A stretch of 64,000 nucleotides of DNA, from the NCBI RefSeq assembly GCF_006345805.1, contig NC_042999.1, positions 44,950,001 through 45,014,000 of the forward strand. The letters are read 5' to 3'. The notes beneath the pieces were generated by a model, which made no database searches, was not told the origin of the DNA, and worked only from the letters and a program-made list of their open reading frames with translations. Positions 51,570-64,000 of this stretch are shown here, in pieces; position 1 is the stretch's first letter, and the number at the start of each line of letters is the position of its first letter. The position numbers were made by a program, and so were the translations under genes. This stretch comes from Octopus sinensis (Eukaryota).

Positions 51570-52941
51570 CTTGTTTTATTTCTATTCCTGAGCGCCATAC
51601 TAATACAATTGTTTGTTTGTACTCCACCTGCCTTCGTCTTTTGTTTATTTTCGTAAACATTCCTGTTATACACATATATACATACATACACAATGGGCTT
51701 CTTTCAGTTTCCGTTTATGAAATCCACTCAGGATGCTTTGTTTGATCATCACAGGGCCATAGTAGAAGACATTTTCCCAAGGTTCCACACATTGGGATTG
51801 AGCCTGGAACAATGTAATTGAGAAGCAAGCTTCTTACCACACAGCCACTCCAACTACTGTTCTTGGCAGCATTCAGCAAACAGTCATACCTGAGAGAAGG
51901 AGATTCTCATTGTCAGGCTAGCCTAACACACTAAATATCATGGCACCAGCCCTGTCCACAGACTGGTGGCTCACCATTGGAAGTGAAGAGATGCAGAGTT
52001 GTTATGTGCATGATTTGTGTTTTTGAGGTGTTGATGTTGGTTCCGAACTGCTTTACATAATTGTTCACTAACAACAATATTTAAATATACTACAGCAAAC
52101 GAACTGTCATATTAACCGAAACAGAATCAATATACAAGTTGCAGTCGAGGATCTTTAAATTTGAAATATTCATCCTTTCATGTACTTTAAAGCGCAATTG
52201 TAGAGCATTTTCCTTTTAGAAATTTCCCATTAATCTAAATTTATTACATGTGCTGTTGAGAACGTATTGTAACTATAATCAAAGAGACAGCTGTTGACAA
52301 TGTTTAGTTTTAAAAACAAGTGATGACATGTAAGAAAAGCAATGGGCAAATAATCTCTTAAATATGGCATGATATAGAATCAGCGTATCAGTAATGTAAA
52401 ATAGAAGTAGTAGAAATTTTATGTCAGAAGCTTTGCTTTTTTAATTTAATTTTATTTTTTATTTATATTTTTTATTTATTTATGGTGTTTGTTTTTTATT
52501 TTTTTGTTTTGTTTTGTTTTTTGACGCTTTCTTTGATCATAAATACGTTATTAATAGGTGATCCAACTCTGAAAGTTTTAGTATGTGAGGCACATAAAAT
52601 TGTATTCATGTCCATTCCAAAAATACAATTACAACACCCACAGACAAATTCCTTCCTTAACCATGCAACCATGTAAAATGGTTGTATGGTGTAACAATAC
52701 CTAAACAATAAAAATATATTTCACAGAAGAAAAAGCTCAGGAACCGCTACATGGTCATCTGACTTGCTAAAAATGGCAGCTAAAATCTCCATCAAATTAT
52801 TTCCTATCTGAAACAAATAAAGAATACATAAAGCAATATATGATACTTTGAAATAGATTAAGTGTGGTGGCCAAGGCTTGAACTACTCAATCAGGACTAA
52901 ATCTGGAATTCAACAATTTTTATTTATTAGAATGAGAATAG

Positions 52942-54525
52942 GTGTGGCTGTGTGGTAAGAAGCTTGCTTCTTAACCACATGGTTCTAGGCTCAGTCCTAC
53001 TGCATGGCACCTTGGGCAATTGTTTTCTACTATAGCCTTGGGCTGACCAAAGCCTTGTGAGTGGGTTTGGTAGATGGAAACTGGAAGAAGCCCATCATAT
53101 GTGTGTGTGTGTTTGTGTGTATGCATGTGTGTGTCTCCATATCTGTGTTTGTTCCCCACTGCCTCTTGACAGCCAGTGTTGGTGTATTTACATCCGTCGT
53201 ATATATGTATATATATGTATGTGTGTGTATGTTTGTGTGTCTGTGTTTGTCCCCCTAGCATTGCTTGACAACTGATGCTGGTGTGTTTACGTCGCCGTCA
53301 CTTAGTGGTTCAGCAAAAGAGACCGATAGAATAAGTTCTGGGCTTACAAAGAATAAGTCCTGGGGTCGAGTTGCTCGACTAAAGGCGGTGCTCCAGCATG
53401 GCCGCAGTCAAATAACTGAAACAAGTAAAAAGAGTAAGAGTAAACCATTTGCTTACTACATTATGTGACTTTATTTTCATTCCTATTATTCCTTTGTTCT
53501 ATTGACAAAAGTCCTAAAATTTTAGGGATGGGGCAAGTCAATTACATTGACCCAGTATTCAACTGGTACTTACTTGATCTACCCTGAAAGGATGAGAGGT
53601 AATGTCGACATCAGTAGAATTTGAACTCAGAACATAAAGACAGACAAAATGCTGCAATGCATTTTACCCAGTATGCAAATGATTCTGCCAGCTCACCATC
53701 TTTCAAACATAATCATCATTATCATCATTTAGCATCCATTGTCCATGCTGGCATGGGTTGTATGGTTGGACTGGGCTGGCATGTTGGAAGGCTGTGCCAG
53801 GATCCAGTCTGATTTGGCATGGTTTTCTATGGCTGGATATCATTCCTAACACCGACCACTCTGTGAGTGTAATGCGTGCTTTCATGTGCCACTGGCATGA
53901 GTGCCATTTGTGTGACACCAGTATCTTCTATGATTGTGATTTTGTTTGGCTTGATGGGTCTTCTTTTCAAGCATGGCATAATGCCAAAGGTCTTGGTCAT
54001 TGCCTTTGTGAAAGGAGCTTGGCCACTTTGCCTCCATGAGGCCCAATGCTTGAAAGGAACTCAGCCATCACGCCACCATGAGGCCTGTTCAAAAGGAACT
54101 CAGCCACCTCGCCTCTGTGAGGCCCAACACTCGAAAGGAACTCAGCCACTTTGCCTCCATCAAGCCCAATGCTCAAAATGTACTCAGCCACTTTGCTTTG
54201 GTGAGGCCAGACGTCCAAGGTTGATCTTTCTTTTTACATGCCACCAGCACGGATGCACTTGGTTTGATGGGCCATCTTAAGCAGAGCACATCGCCAAAGG
54301 TATCTGTAATGTTTATTTAAAATTTTGGCACAAGGACAGCAATTTCAGGGGAGAAAATAAGTCAGTCACATCGACCTTACTATTCAACTGGTACTTATTT
54401 TATTGACCTTGAAAAGATGAAAGGCAAAGTCAACCTTGACAGTGTTTGAACTCAGAACATAAAGGCAGACGAAATGCCACTAAGCATTTCGCCCAGCATA
54501 CTAACAATTCTGCCAGCTCACCACC
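52942..54525. mobile_element. SINE cluster: A plus (52942-53440, chimeric middle), C minus (53490-53700), B minus (53705-54300), C minus (54310-54525)
   Basis: Family similarity. Confidence 0.82.
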
Positions 54526-55191
54526 GTTTTCATTCCTATTATTAAAGAAATATATGTTTGCTAAAATTTTTTTTCTCTGACAGGTAAAGTACTATAATTA
54601 TTAGGTATCAGTAAATTCCAACTTTCATCAAGATAAGAATTAAATTTATAATATGTTCCGAATAGAAAAGTTATTGTTTATTTTATTTTGTTTATTTATT
54701 TATTTATTTATCTATTTATTTATTTATTGCACAATCAGTTAGCCAAGTTTTCATGATCTGTGTGATTTAAGAGTCAATAAGATTTTGTGCCAATTAATTT
54801 AAAATGCATTTTGTCGGATTGTTGGAAAACACCCAAAACCTTTCAATTTAATTCATATTTTATTATGAAGATTGTTTTACAAGAAATAATGTTTAAAAAT
54901 CCACAACAACAACAACAACAGCAACAACAACAGAAAAATGAAGTTTGGAATATTGTTTTGGTAGTTTGTTTAAAATCAATTATTTTCTGTTGAGAGAGTA
55001 GCACAAACCTTTACGATTTATTATCTTGTTAAAAATATATACATTTTTAACAAGAAATAAGCACTTATTTTAGATTACCACGAGAGATGTGAGTATAATT
55101 AATTTACAGCCAGTGTCTTATCTTCATGAAATTTAACTGAAATTGTTTCTGTGTCTGGAGCTAAATTTGACATTTTTAAATAGATTTATTG

Positions 55192-55320
55192 ATATGACCG
55201 TTGTTGTTCCTGCCTCCACTATCTTCTGCTCTGGCTACGTGCCTCCTGTAAGTTAAGATGACCATTGTTGTTCCTGCCTCCACTATCTTCTGCTCTAGCT
55301 GCATGCCTCTCGGTAAGTTA
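55192..55320. repeat. 64-bp tandem duplication, each copy ending GTAAGTT
   Basis: ATGACC.TTGTTGTTCCTGCCTCCACTATCTTCTGCTCT.GCT.C.TGCCTC present twice. Confidence 0.92.
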
Positions 55321-56183
55321 AACATAGCAAATATCAACATGGTTAATTTAACACCTTTTACTTAAAGTGAGAATATTTCTCTATGGCAAACTGCAGTGAA
55401 ATTCCTCTGTACCAGTTAAATATGTCCCAAACATATTTGGACTGATCTAAAGTTTGTTTAAATAGTATCACTGCTTTGAGCGTCTTGTATATACTCCGTG
55501 GCAAACCGTGGTAGAAACGTCTCTTTACAGATCAAATATGTCTCAAACTTATTTAAACTGATCTAAAAATGAGTGGTACCTCAATGGTGTGAGAAAACTT
55601 AGAAATATTTTGGGTGAGACTGACGGAAATAGCTGAATTAAACTTACTGTCATAAATACTTCATCCTTTCATCTTTTTCTTTTCTTATTTTCAAAAGCTA
55701 ATGAAACATTCTTGACTGAAATAGAAAGCAATGAATGATCCATCGTTGTCTCTAAATTGGTTCTGTTTTAGTTCCAGTTAAATTTGATAGCAAGAAACAT
55801 TTGAAGTACTTTGAATTGTTGGCAACATGACAACAAACTGTCTCAATTGTTGTTTAGCCCTAGGCCACCCTGATTGAGCAGACCTATCATCAAATGAATT
55901 CCAAGAATTATCATGCTATTTATTTATATTTTTTTCATACATAGTACATCTATGGTTACGTAATCCAATACACCTTTCCTTTTTAATATAGTAAGATGTG
56001 AATTAAACTATATTTGGCTGCTATTTCTTCCAAACTGAGCAACCACATGGAAGCTCTCCTTTATCATTGGCTTGTAAAACTAATGCAGTAGACAGTAATG
56101 CAGAGTTAGGTATGTTGGATATGTTAACAACTAGATGAAAAGGAAGTATCTTGCCATTCAGACGATGTTTTTGTTTAACTTAC

Positions 56184-57142
56184 CATTAATATTGTAAAAG
56201 TTCAGTGAGCGAGCTGCCATCAAATTAGTAGTTATATGCTTCATAACAAATTTAACGCTGGAAAGTCACGTTTCGAAAATATTGCTGCCTCAGATGTTAT
56301 CTACTTGTTTGTAACAAGTGCACGAAACTGATCAGATAGCAGAAAACAAATAATATGCGAAAATTAAGGGGAAACAACAACAGTAGTTTCTCATTATTTG
56401 GAAAAAGGCTTTAAAAATAAATTGCAAACATACCTTCGAGTAGAAAGAAATGCTGTTTTGTCTTCCATTATAATTCTATTCACAGCATTATAGAAATATA
56501 AACTAACTCTAGTGCTTCACTTGTATTTTATTTTATCAAACCTGGAAGGAGGAAAAGCAAAGTTGGTCTTGGTGATATTTGAGCTCAAAATGTAAAATAC
56601 TGTAATTTAAATACTGCTGGGCAGTTTTTGCATTTTTTTTTCTTTTCTGAAACTTTAATGCTTCCGCCATTTTACTGCCAAGTTAATTCATTGATAACAT
56701 ATCTAATGCAGAGACTAGCAAGAGGCAAACACAAAAAAAATATATATTAGTTATTGACTACTATATTTTTGTTGAGTACAATGTGATCTCAGATATACTG
56801 ACTCCTATCAAATTTTGTACCCAAAAATCAATAAGATATTTTCTCCTCTTATCTTTTAGTTTACTTTCAAATATAATGATAACTACCAATTTTGACTTTA
56901 ATATTTTGTATCAGATTTCTTACAATACTGCACAAGTAAATATAATAATAGTATTTCCATTTTTTTAGTAAGTATGGGAGATAACTCTAGATATGTTTCC
57001 ATACTATTAAAACCTTCTTAGGGAAGCACATACTTCACTGTGCTTGGTGATGAGAATATTGCTTTGTGTACATACAAGATTGTATGCTTGTTGGGGTAGA
57101 ACAGTTTCTCAATCATATTGACATTGTAGTGAAAATAGAGAT
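56184..57142 (-). CDS. Candidate cluster of three phase-compatible coding exons (57142-57034, 56475-56434, 56257-56184)
   Basis: AG/GT sites with donors GTATGT, GTATGT and GTAAGT; joined frame LYFHYNVNMIEKLFYPNKHTILYVHKAIFSSPSTVKIIMEDKTAFLSTRSVKFVMKHITTNLMAARSLNFYNIN. No homology recognised. Confidence 0.25.
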
Positions 57143-57340
57143 CTAATAAAAACTGCTGGCACATTTTACATGGAAGCTTAAAAATTACAGTCACACTTCA
57201 ATAGATGCAGGCATGACAATTGGCACTGGTGTGACTTTGTAGTTGAGAAGCTTGTTTTATAATTGTGTAGGTTCAGTCCCACTGCATGGAACCATAGGCA
57301 AGTATTTTCTACTATTACCTCATACTGACCCATACAGACG

Positions 57341-57755
57341 CAGGAGTGGCTGTGTGGTAGGTAGCTTGTTTACCAACCACATGGTTCCGGGGTTCAGTCC
57401 CACTGCGTGGCACCTTGGGTAAGTGTCCTCTACTATAGCCTCGGGCCGACCAAAGCCTTGTGAGTGGATTTGGTAGACGGAAACTGAAAGAAGCCCGTCG
57501 TATATAAGTATATATGTAGATGTGTGTGTGTGTGTTTGCGTGTCTGTGTTTGTTTCCCTAGCATTGCTTGACAACCAATGCTGGTGTGTTTATGTCCCCG
57601 TTACTTAGCGGTTTGGCAAAAGAGACCGATAGAATAAGTACTGGGCTTACAAAAGAATAAGTCCCGGGGTCGATTTGCTTGACTAAAGGCGGTGCTCCAG
57701 CATGGCCGCAGTCAAATGACTGAAACAAGTAAAAGAGTAAAAGAGTAAAAGAGTA
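57341..57755 (+). mobile_element. SINE A, low-divergence copy
   Basis: Close match to other copies; tail (AGTAAAAG)x3. Confidence 0.9.
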
Positions 57756-58304
57756 TACCTAATAAGTGGATTTGGTAGATAGAAACCGAAGGAAACCCAT
57801 CATATATGTGTGTGTGTGTATGTGTGTATGTCTGTTTGTAAGAGTGTGTGGATGTGGATGTATATGTGTGTGTGTGTGTGTGTACTTGCGTGATGGTTGT
57901 TGTTGGGTGAAGTTGTTCGTTTCCAGTCTTCTGTGGAAAACATGTCTATCCATGGCAAAATATTACCTTGCCTGGAAACAGGTAAGGGCTGGGGACAGGA
58001 AAGGCATCTGGCCGTAGAAAAACCTGCCACAGCAAATCACACCTGATCCATACAAGCATGGAAAAGTGGACATTAAATGCTGTTGCTGCTGCTGATTGTT
58101 GTTGTTGTTGTTGTTAAGCAACAAGACGGGTAAGGGTGATTAGGTGATGGTCTAGGGCTTAGGGGTGGGAGATCCCAGACCTTGGAAAAAAAAAAACTTT
58201 GGTCGTCTTGATGTAGTCGAGGGCTCTTCGTTGACACCTGACACCACTGGGAGGTGGCCCTCGAAGTTGCTGGAAATGGAGATCTCCAGGTCCAAATTCT
58301 TGAA

Positions 58305-58306
58305 TG

Positions 58307-58337
<31 letters not shown>

Positions 58338-58495
58338 ATGGTGATGAGGATGACGGTGATGGTGATGACGATGGTGATGATGATGACAACAATGATGAGG
58401 GTGATGATGATGATGATGTTGATGATGATGATGATGGTGATGACAATAATGGTGGCGATGACGACAACGACGATGATGATGGTGATGATAATGAT
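58305..58495. repeat. (GCT)/(GAT)/(GAC) trinucleotide tract
   Basis: Read directly. Confidence 0.93.
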
Positions 58496-59668
58496 TCTGT
58501 ATAAGAAATTAAAATTACTGGTACAGTTTGCCTAGGAAGTTAAAAATTGTCAATACACTTTGTATAGGAAGTTAAAGGAAGACTTATGTTTTAAAGGTAA
58601 AAGTTGAGAGAAAAATATAGAATAATATTGCTTAACTTAATGACATTTACACACAACAAAATTATAAAGATCTCATTTTTCAAGACACTCAAGCATCAGT
58701 ACAGATTTTCTAAATCTTTAAAAGTATATCTTTAACAATCTGTAGTGCACCTAGATGCCTCTTGTGACATATCATAGCACCATGATGTGCTATTTGAAAA
58801 CAACTGATTATGGAAGAAAAAAATAGAAATTTTTGAAGAATAAATTACTCAAAGACAAATTAGTTTCTAGTGAACTATCACCATAATTTCCGCTTCTGTT
58901 CTTCTTGATTACAGGCAATTTCATTGAAGTTGCTAAACACCTTTGAAGGAAATATATAAGCATTTGCAACAGCTTATTCGTTGTTAACAGTAAATCTAAG
59001 CCCATATATTTATATGAGAAATCAATATTAACTGCGGTTATGAGCTAAAATATAAATATATTTTGAGCACTCACTTTCTTTTTTAGCCTTGATATTTCAG
59101 AAGTATATAATTTCCATTAATTTTCATTTAGATTTTAATATAACCTCATTGATATTTTTACTTAATTCACTTAGCTTGTACTTTTCAAATTACTTAAACT
59201 TCATCCCATTCTCTCTCCCTTTGCTAGAATTTTATACATGTCATAACATCTACATATTTTATGATTGCCTATCATTCTTCATTTATTAAAACTTCAAGCC
59301 AACAAAATTTTTATCTCAGAAAAACAAAACAAATTATTTAAGAATTTAATTTGTTTTATTAAAAAAAAAAAAAAATTATTTTCCATCGAATTTTGTTCTG
59401 TGGCTGTAGAAACATACACACACACATCACGAAATGCTTAGTGTGGTGGAAAACGAGTAAAATGTGTTTTATCACTCAAGATAGAAGCTTTCCATTTGTG
59501 TTTTCTTTTCTTTTTTTTTATCCACTGAAATGAAAATTTTTAAATATTTTACTCTAGAAACTTTCTTTTCAATCCTCCAAAGAATTGCTCATGCTTCTGA
59601 GATAAATCTATGTTCATTTTGAACTCCATTTTGTCTATCGATTTTATTTTAGTGAAGGAATGTGTATT

Positions 59669-59722
<54 letters not shown>

Positions 59723-60414
59723 CAATAGTTAATTACACTAAACCAAGATCTTGTCATATGCTGGAAAGTCTGGCATATTCAAAAAATTCTGCAACCATTT
59801 TGTTTGAGCATGTGTATTAGTTGGGAAATATTATACAGATGGGTTTTAAGTTTGCTTTCATTTTAAACAAAAGATATAAAAAAAAGCAAAAACAAAAAAG
59901 AATAAGAAAAAAGAAAAATTAAGAAAAATATATTTTTGAATTAGGAACCTGTAGAAACATGTAGTAGCATTAGTAGCATACTGAAGACAATAGAAGCTAA
60001 AGATATGAAATACATAGAAATAGTGCATTAATAGTACATGCAGGATATAGACTTTTATGATATATATTTGTGTGTTAGAAATATTGAAGCATCTCTTGAA
60101 TATATGATTATATAAATGTGCAGGCATAACTGTGTAGTAAAGAAAGTTCACTTTTCAACTATTAAGTCTCAGTGCAAGGTGTCTTGGGCAAGTACCTTCT
60201 GCTATAGGCCTTGGCTGACCAAAGCCTTATGAGTGGATTTGGCAGACAGAAACCATAAAGAAGCTTGCACAGGTGTGGCTGTTTGGTAGGAAAGCATACT
60301 TCCCAACCACATGGTTCCAAGTTCAGTTCCTTTGCATGGCACCTTGGTGAAGGGTCTTCTGCTACAGCTTCAGGTTGATCAAATCATTGTGAGTGGACGT
60401 GGTTTATGGAATCT

Positions 60415-60645
60415 TATTTCTTTATTGCCCACAAGGGGCTAAACATAGAGGGGACAAACAAGGACAGACAAAGAGATTAAGTCGATTACATCGACCCCAC
60501 GGCGTATCTGGTACTCAATTTATTGTCACTGAAAGGATGAAAGACAAAGTTGACCTCGATGGAATTTGAACTCAGAACATAACGACAGACGAAATACCGC
60601 TAAGCATTTCGCTCGGCGTGTTAACGTTTCTGTCAGCTCGCCAGT
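60415..60645 (-). mobile_element. SINE C
   Basis: Matches 2638-2870 and 4478-4690. Confidence 0.87.
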
Positions 60646-60834
60646 TTATGGAATCTGAAAGAGGCTTGTTATTGTAAAATATAACTGTAAAACATAGCTA
60701 TCACCACCACTACATGAACCTGAAGATTGCATATTTTAATGCATGAAAGTACTAGTTCAATCAGAACGGACATTTAATATTCTATCATTTCATTATATTA
60801 TATTTTATCATTTTATTATTAGATTGTAAATAAA

Positions 60835-62318
60835 ATGAGAAAATCAGAGAAAATTGGAATTTCTTTGAGTAATATATATAGATATAGTTTGTGTGAATCC
60901 TTTGAATCTTCATGCTTGAGTAAACTAGAAAGAATTAGGAAAAAGATCAGGCTTTTTTTCAAATCCTTCAATCTTAAACTAGAATTTATGACCAATACTA
61001 AAATAGTAAACTTCTTAGATGTTACGTTAGACTTGAATAAGCACCTTCACCACCCGTATAGGAAACCCGAAGAAACTACCAAATACATCCATACCTCTTC
61101 CAACCATCCACCCTGTATAATTAGCACCACAGTCCAAGCCATCTCAGACAGACTTACAAAACTATCCTCTAATAGAGAAATTTTCAATAATCACGCACAA
61201 CACTACAACCAGGCTCTCTATAGTGCCGGGTATAACCAGAGAATATCATATGTAGACCACCCGGGAACGTCCGTCGGCCATAAAACTCCCAATTATAATC
61301 GAACTCAGCACTCAACTCACACTAGCGATAATTCTAATTTAAACTCCAAACAACGTATAGGAAATAGGCGAACTAATAGAATAGCACACAATAGTAACCC
61401 TCCCGACGAGAGCAATATAGATCCTATTAGGAGAAATAGAAGGGATAATAGTAGATTACGCAAATATATATGGTTCAACATACCTTACAACTTAGCAGTT
61501 AGGGGTAAGTTATGTAAGAGAATATTCTCTATCATTTCCAACAACTTCCCACCCACCCATAAGTATAGAAGTATCTTCTCCAACAAAACCATTAGGATTT
61601 CCTACTCTACCCTGCCCAACATGAGCTGCCTCATAGCTAAACATAACTATATTAATATTAGAACAGCTAGATCAAGAGCAAACTATAGCGACCAACAGAA
61701 CGCCCCTCATCTAGATAGTAGACAATATAACCAGACTGGCAGCCATACTACCCAAACAGTTAGTAATAACACCCGCCAACACAACAGAGGAAATACTACA
61801 CCCATCAACAACCAGGAGGATATCAACGCCCCCACTCGTATTGCAACGCCTCCGCCTGGGATTAGCAGCACACGACCGAATAATGCAATGCAATGCAACT
61901 GCAGATGTGCATCAGAGTGCCCGCTACAGGGCGCATGTAGGGCGAAAAACGTAATATATTCATGTGATGTGAGTACCCAGTTTAACACATTCACCTACAT
62001 AGGTTGCTCAACCTCCTGGAAATCCAGATACTACAACCACCGGTCCTCGCTGAAACACAGACATAAGGCTAACAGCACCTCCCTTTCTAAAAAATTTGGG
62101 AATTAAAAGACAAATGCATAGGCTTCAAACTCAGGTGGTCCATCATCGGATCAGCTGCACCTTATTTAAATAATAGAGCAGGATGCCAACTATGTTGTGT
62201 AGAACTCCTGAACATCTTGAAATTCAAAGACAAACACAATCTTATTAACAAAAGGTCAGAGTTCAAACCATCCTGTATACACAAACTTATTAATACTTTC
62301 AAATACTACAAAGCTTAG
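60835..62318 (+). CDS. Penelope-like element ORF, 5'-truncated: RT thumb, long linker, Cys motif, GIY-YIG; one frameshift at ~62095
   Basis: IVNFLDVTLDL..HPYRKP..YIHTSSNHPP; KYIWFNIPY; CNCRCASECPLQGAC..NVIYSC..TYIGCS..KSRYYNH. After a 1-nt shift in an A-run: IWELKDK..RWSI..CQLC..E..LINKRSEFKPSCIH..*(62318). Confidence 0.93.
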
Positions 62319-64000
62319 GTTATTATACCAACTCCCCCATGCAATTTCCTCCCACCCGGTGCAACCTGTCGGCTCCAGCACATCCCGCTTTCCTATATGT
62401 GCGTGTATATGCGTATATGTGCGCGTATATATATGTATGTGCACATATGTGTACGTATATGTATATATATATATATGTGCGTGTGTGTGTGTGTGTGGGT
62501 GTGTGTATGTGCATATATGTTTCCCTGCATTTTCCTCCTATATATACAAATTTTGTCTCCCATATATGTCTTCTTTTCCCTACATATTTCTTCTCCTACA
62601 CCCATATCCTTCCTATATAGTCTCTTTATTTCCCTATATCTATACTCTTTCACATTTCTAACTCGGATGTTGAACGCACACCGCCAAACTCCACTTCCCA
62701 CCCTTCCAATTTTCAGTTCCCCCCGCCCGCCCCTACGTGGGCACCTTTAACACACACCTCTAACTTTCAACCACCTTCATCTCATGTTAAACTTTACCAA
62801 ATTATATTTTTATTTTATTTTATTTTATTTTTATTTTTACTTTTATTTTTACTTTTATTCTACTTCGCTTTATTCTCATTTTTATTTTCATCCCTTATCT
62901 TAATTCTTATAATTTTTATAATTTTTATATTTCATTTCTAACTTTTACATTGTATTTCTTATTTTATACTGGATTTCTTACTTTTATTTCTAATTTTTAC
63001 CCTTACCCTCATTCTTACCCCTAACTTATCGCTTTATATCTCTATATATGTCTATTTTTTTTGCTTATCCCTTATTTACTTACCTATGGATCCACTTTAT
63101 GATTATACGAACGTCCGTGTACGTATGTATCCGTATACATACATGTACATATGTACGAGTAAACATCTACGTCTGGATGTACATACCCCGTATTTCTTTT
63201 TTTACATGTTTTCTTATATTCATATGTTTACACCTATTTGTATACATCTTTTAATATCTTATAGCTATACCCATAGGCGCGTATGTCTCTGTGTGTGTAT
63301 GTAAGTGTATATGTGCACGCACATATGGACACACAGCCGTGTGTGCATGCATGTGTAGACGTGAGTGCGTGATTCTTTACATACGTTCTTATATACATCC
63401 TTTAATATCTTATATCTAAACCTGGAAGCGTGGGCATATGTGTATGTGTATGTAAGGATGGGCGCACGTATGTACATATGGGTGTGTACACGTATAATGT
63501 CCGTGTATACATGCGGATATTCTGTTGTATGTATGTATATGTACGCGCGTGCGTGTGGGTGTGTGTGTGTTTATGTACATGTTTACACGTGAGTGCGTGT
63601 GTATGCTTATAGGCTTGGAGGCGTATATGTACGCGTGTATATGGGTGTATGTATCCATGATGGTGTGTATGTACGAGATGACCAATTAATTCAAAGAACT
63701 AGATTAAACGCTCAACAGCTCTGATTTACAACACATTAGGTCCCCAGACGACACTGTTGATTTATTGACACCCAAAACTTCTACAACTAAATTTTATCAA
63801 TCTCCTGACCACCATGTTTGGTCCGAAACTTCTATACATCCCTTATTTTTATATTTTTTTTTACATTTTTATCATGTTTATTCCTATTTTTATTTTTTTA
63901 CTTTTTACTTTTATTTCTATTTCTATTTTTACTTTATAACCTTATGCCTTTACATTTATTTATATTTCTTTATATTTCTTTATATTCTTTATACCCCCTT
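62319..64000 (+). mobile_element. Probable 3' UTR/pLTR of the PLE, with CpG-rich (TGTA/CGTG) and (TTTTA)n tracts
   Basis: Contiguous with the ORF and more CpG-rich than the flanking DNA; the extent is inferred. Confidence 0.55.

Noticed and set aside
58218-58300. CGAGGGC/GCCCTCG pairing as P1 of an HDV-like ribozyme
   Set aside because: No GG for P1.1 after the P1 3' strand, no UCCNCGY-type L3 and no P2.
63800-63835. CTGACCA..TGGTC-CGAAAC in the PLE 3' region
   Set aside because: It would need a deletion in the core and has no cleavage triplet with stem I; too weak to call.

Overview
AT-rich, repeat-saturated animal genomic DNA. The SINE families with internal microsatellites, the microsatellite density and the mix of Penelope, mariner and Helentron-like elements suggest a coleoid cephalopod, most likely Octopus (inference, no search run). 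No host gene can be called with confidence; there are only weak candidate exons, mostly on the minus strand. Most ORFs in the track are microsatellite or SINE artefacts. Protein-coding signal that can be supported is transposon-derived: two types of Penelope-like element (PLE; RT and GIY-YIG), two R4/Dong-like RLE retrotransposon remnants, three RTE LINE fragments and several mariner/Tc1 remnants. The standout feature is at 32035-35003. It is a ~540-bp tandem array folded into a palindrome and embedded in (TA)n. Its units carry a type I minimal hammerhead ribozyme (CUGACGA / GAAA / GUC, long stem I, palindromic stem III), giving a retrozyme- or pLTR-like self-cleaving RNA locus. Four further, unrelated hammerhead-like motif families occur in the window, one inside a tRNA-headed SINE. 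Repeat boundaries are approximate unless termini are quoted.
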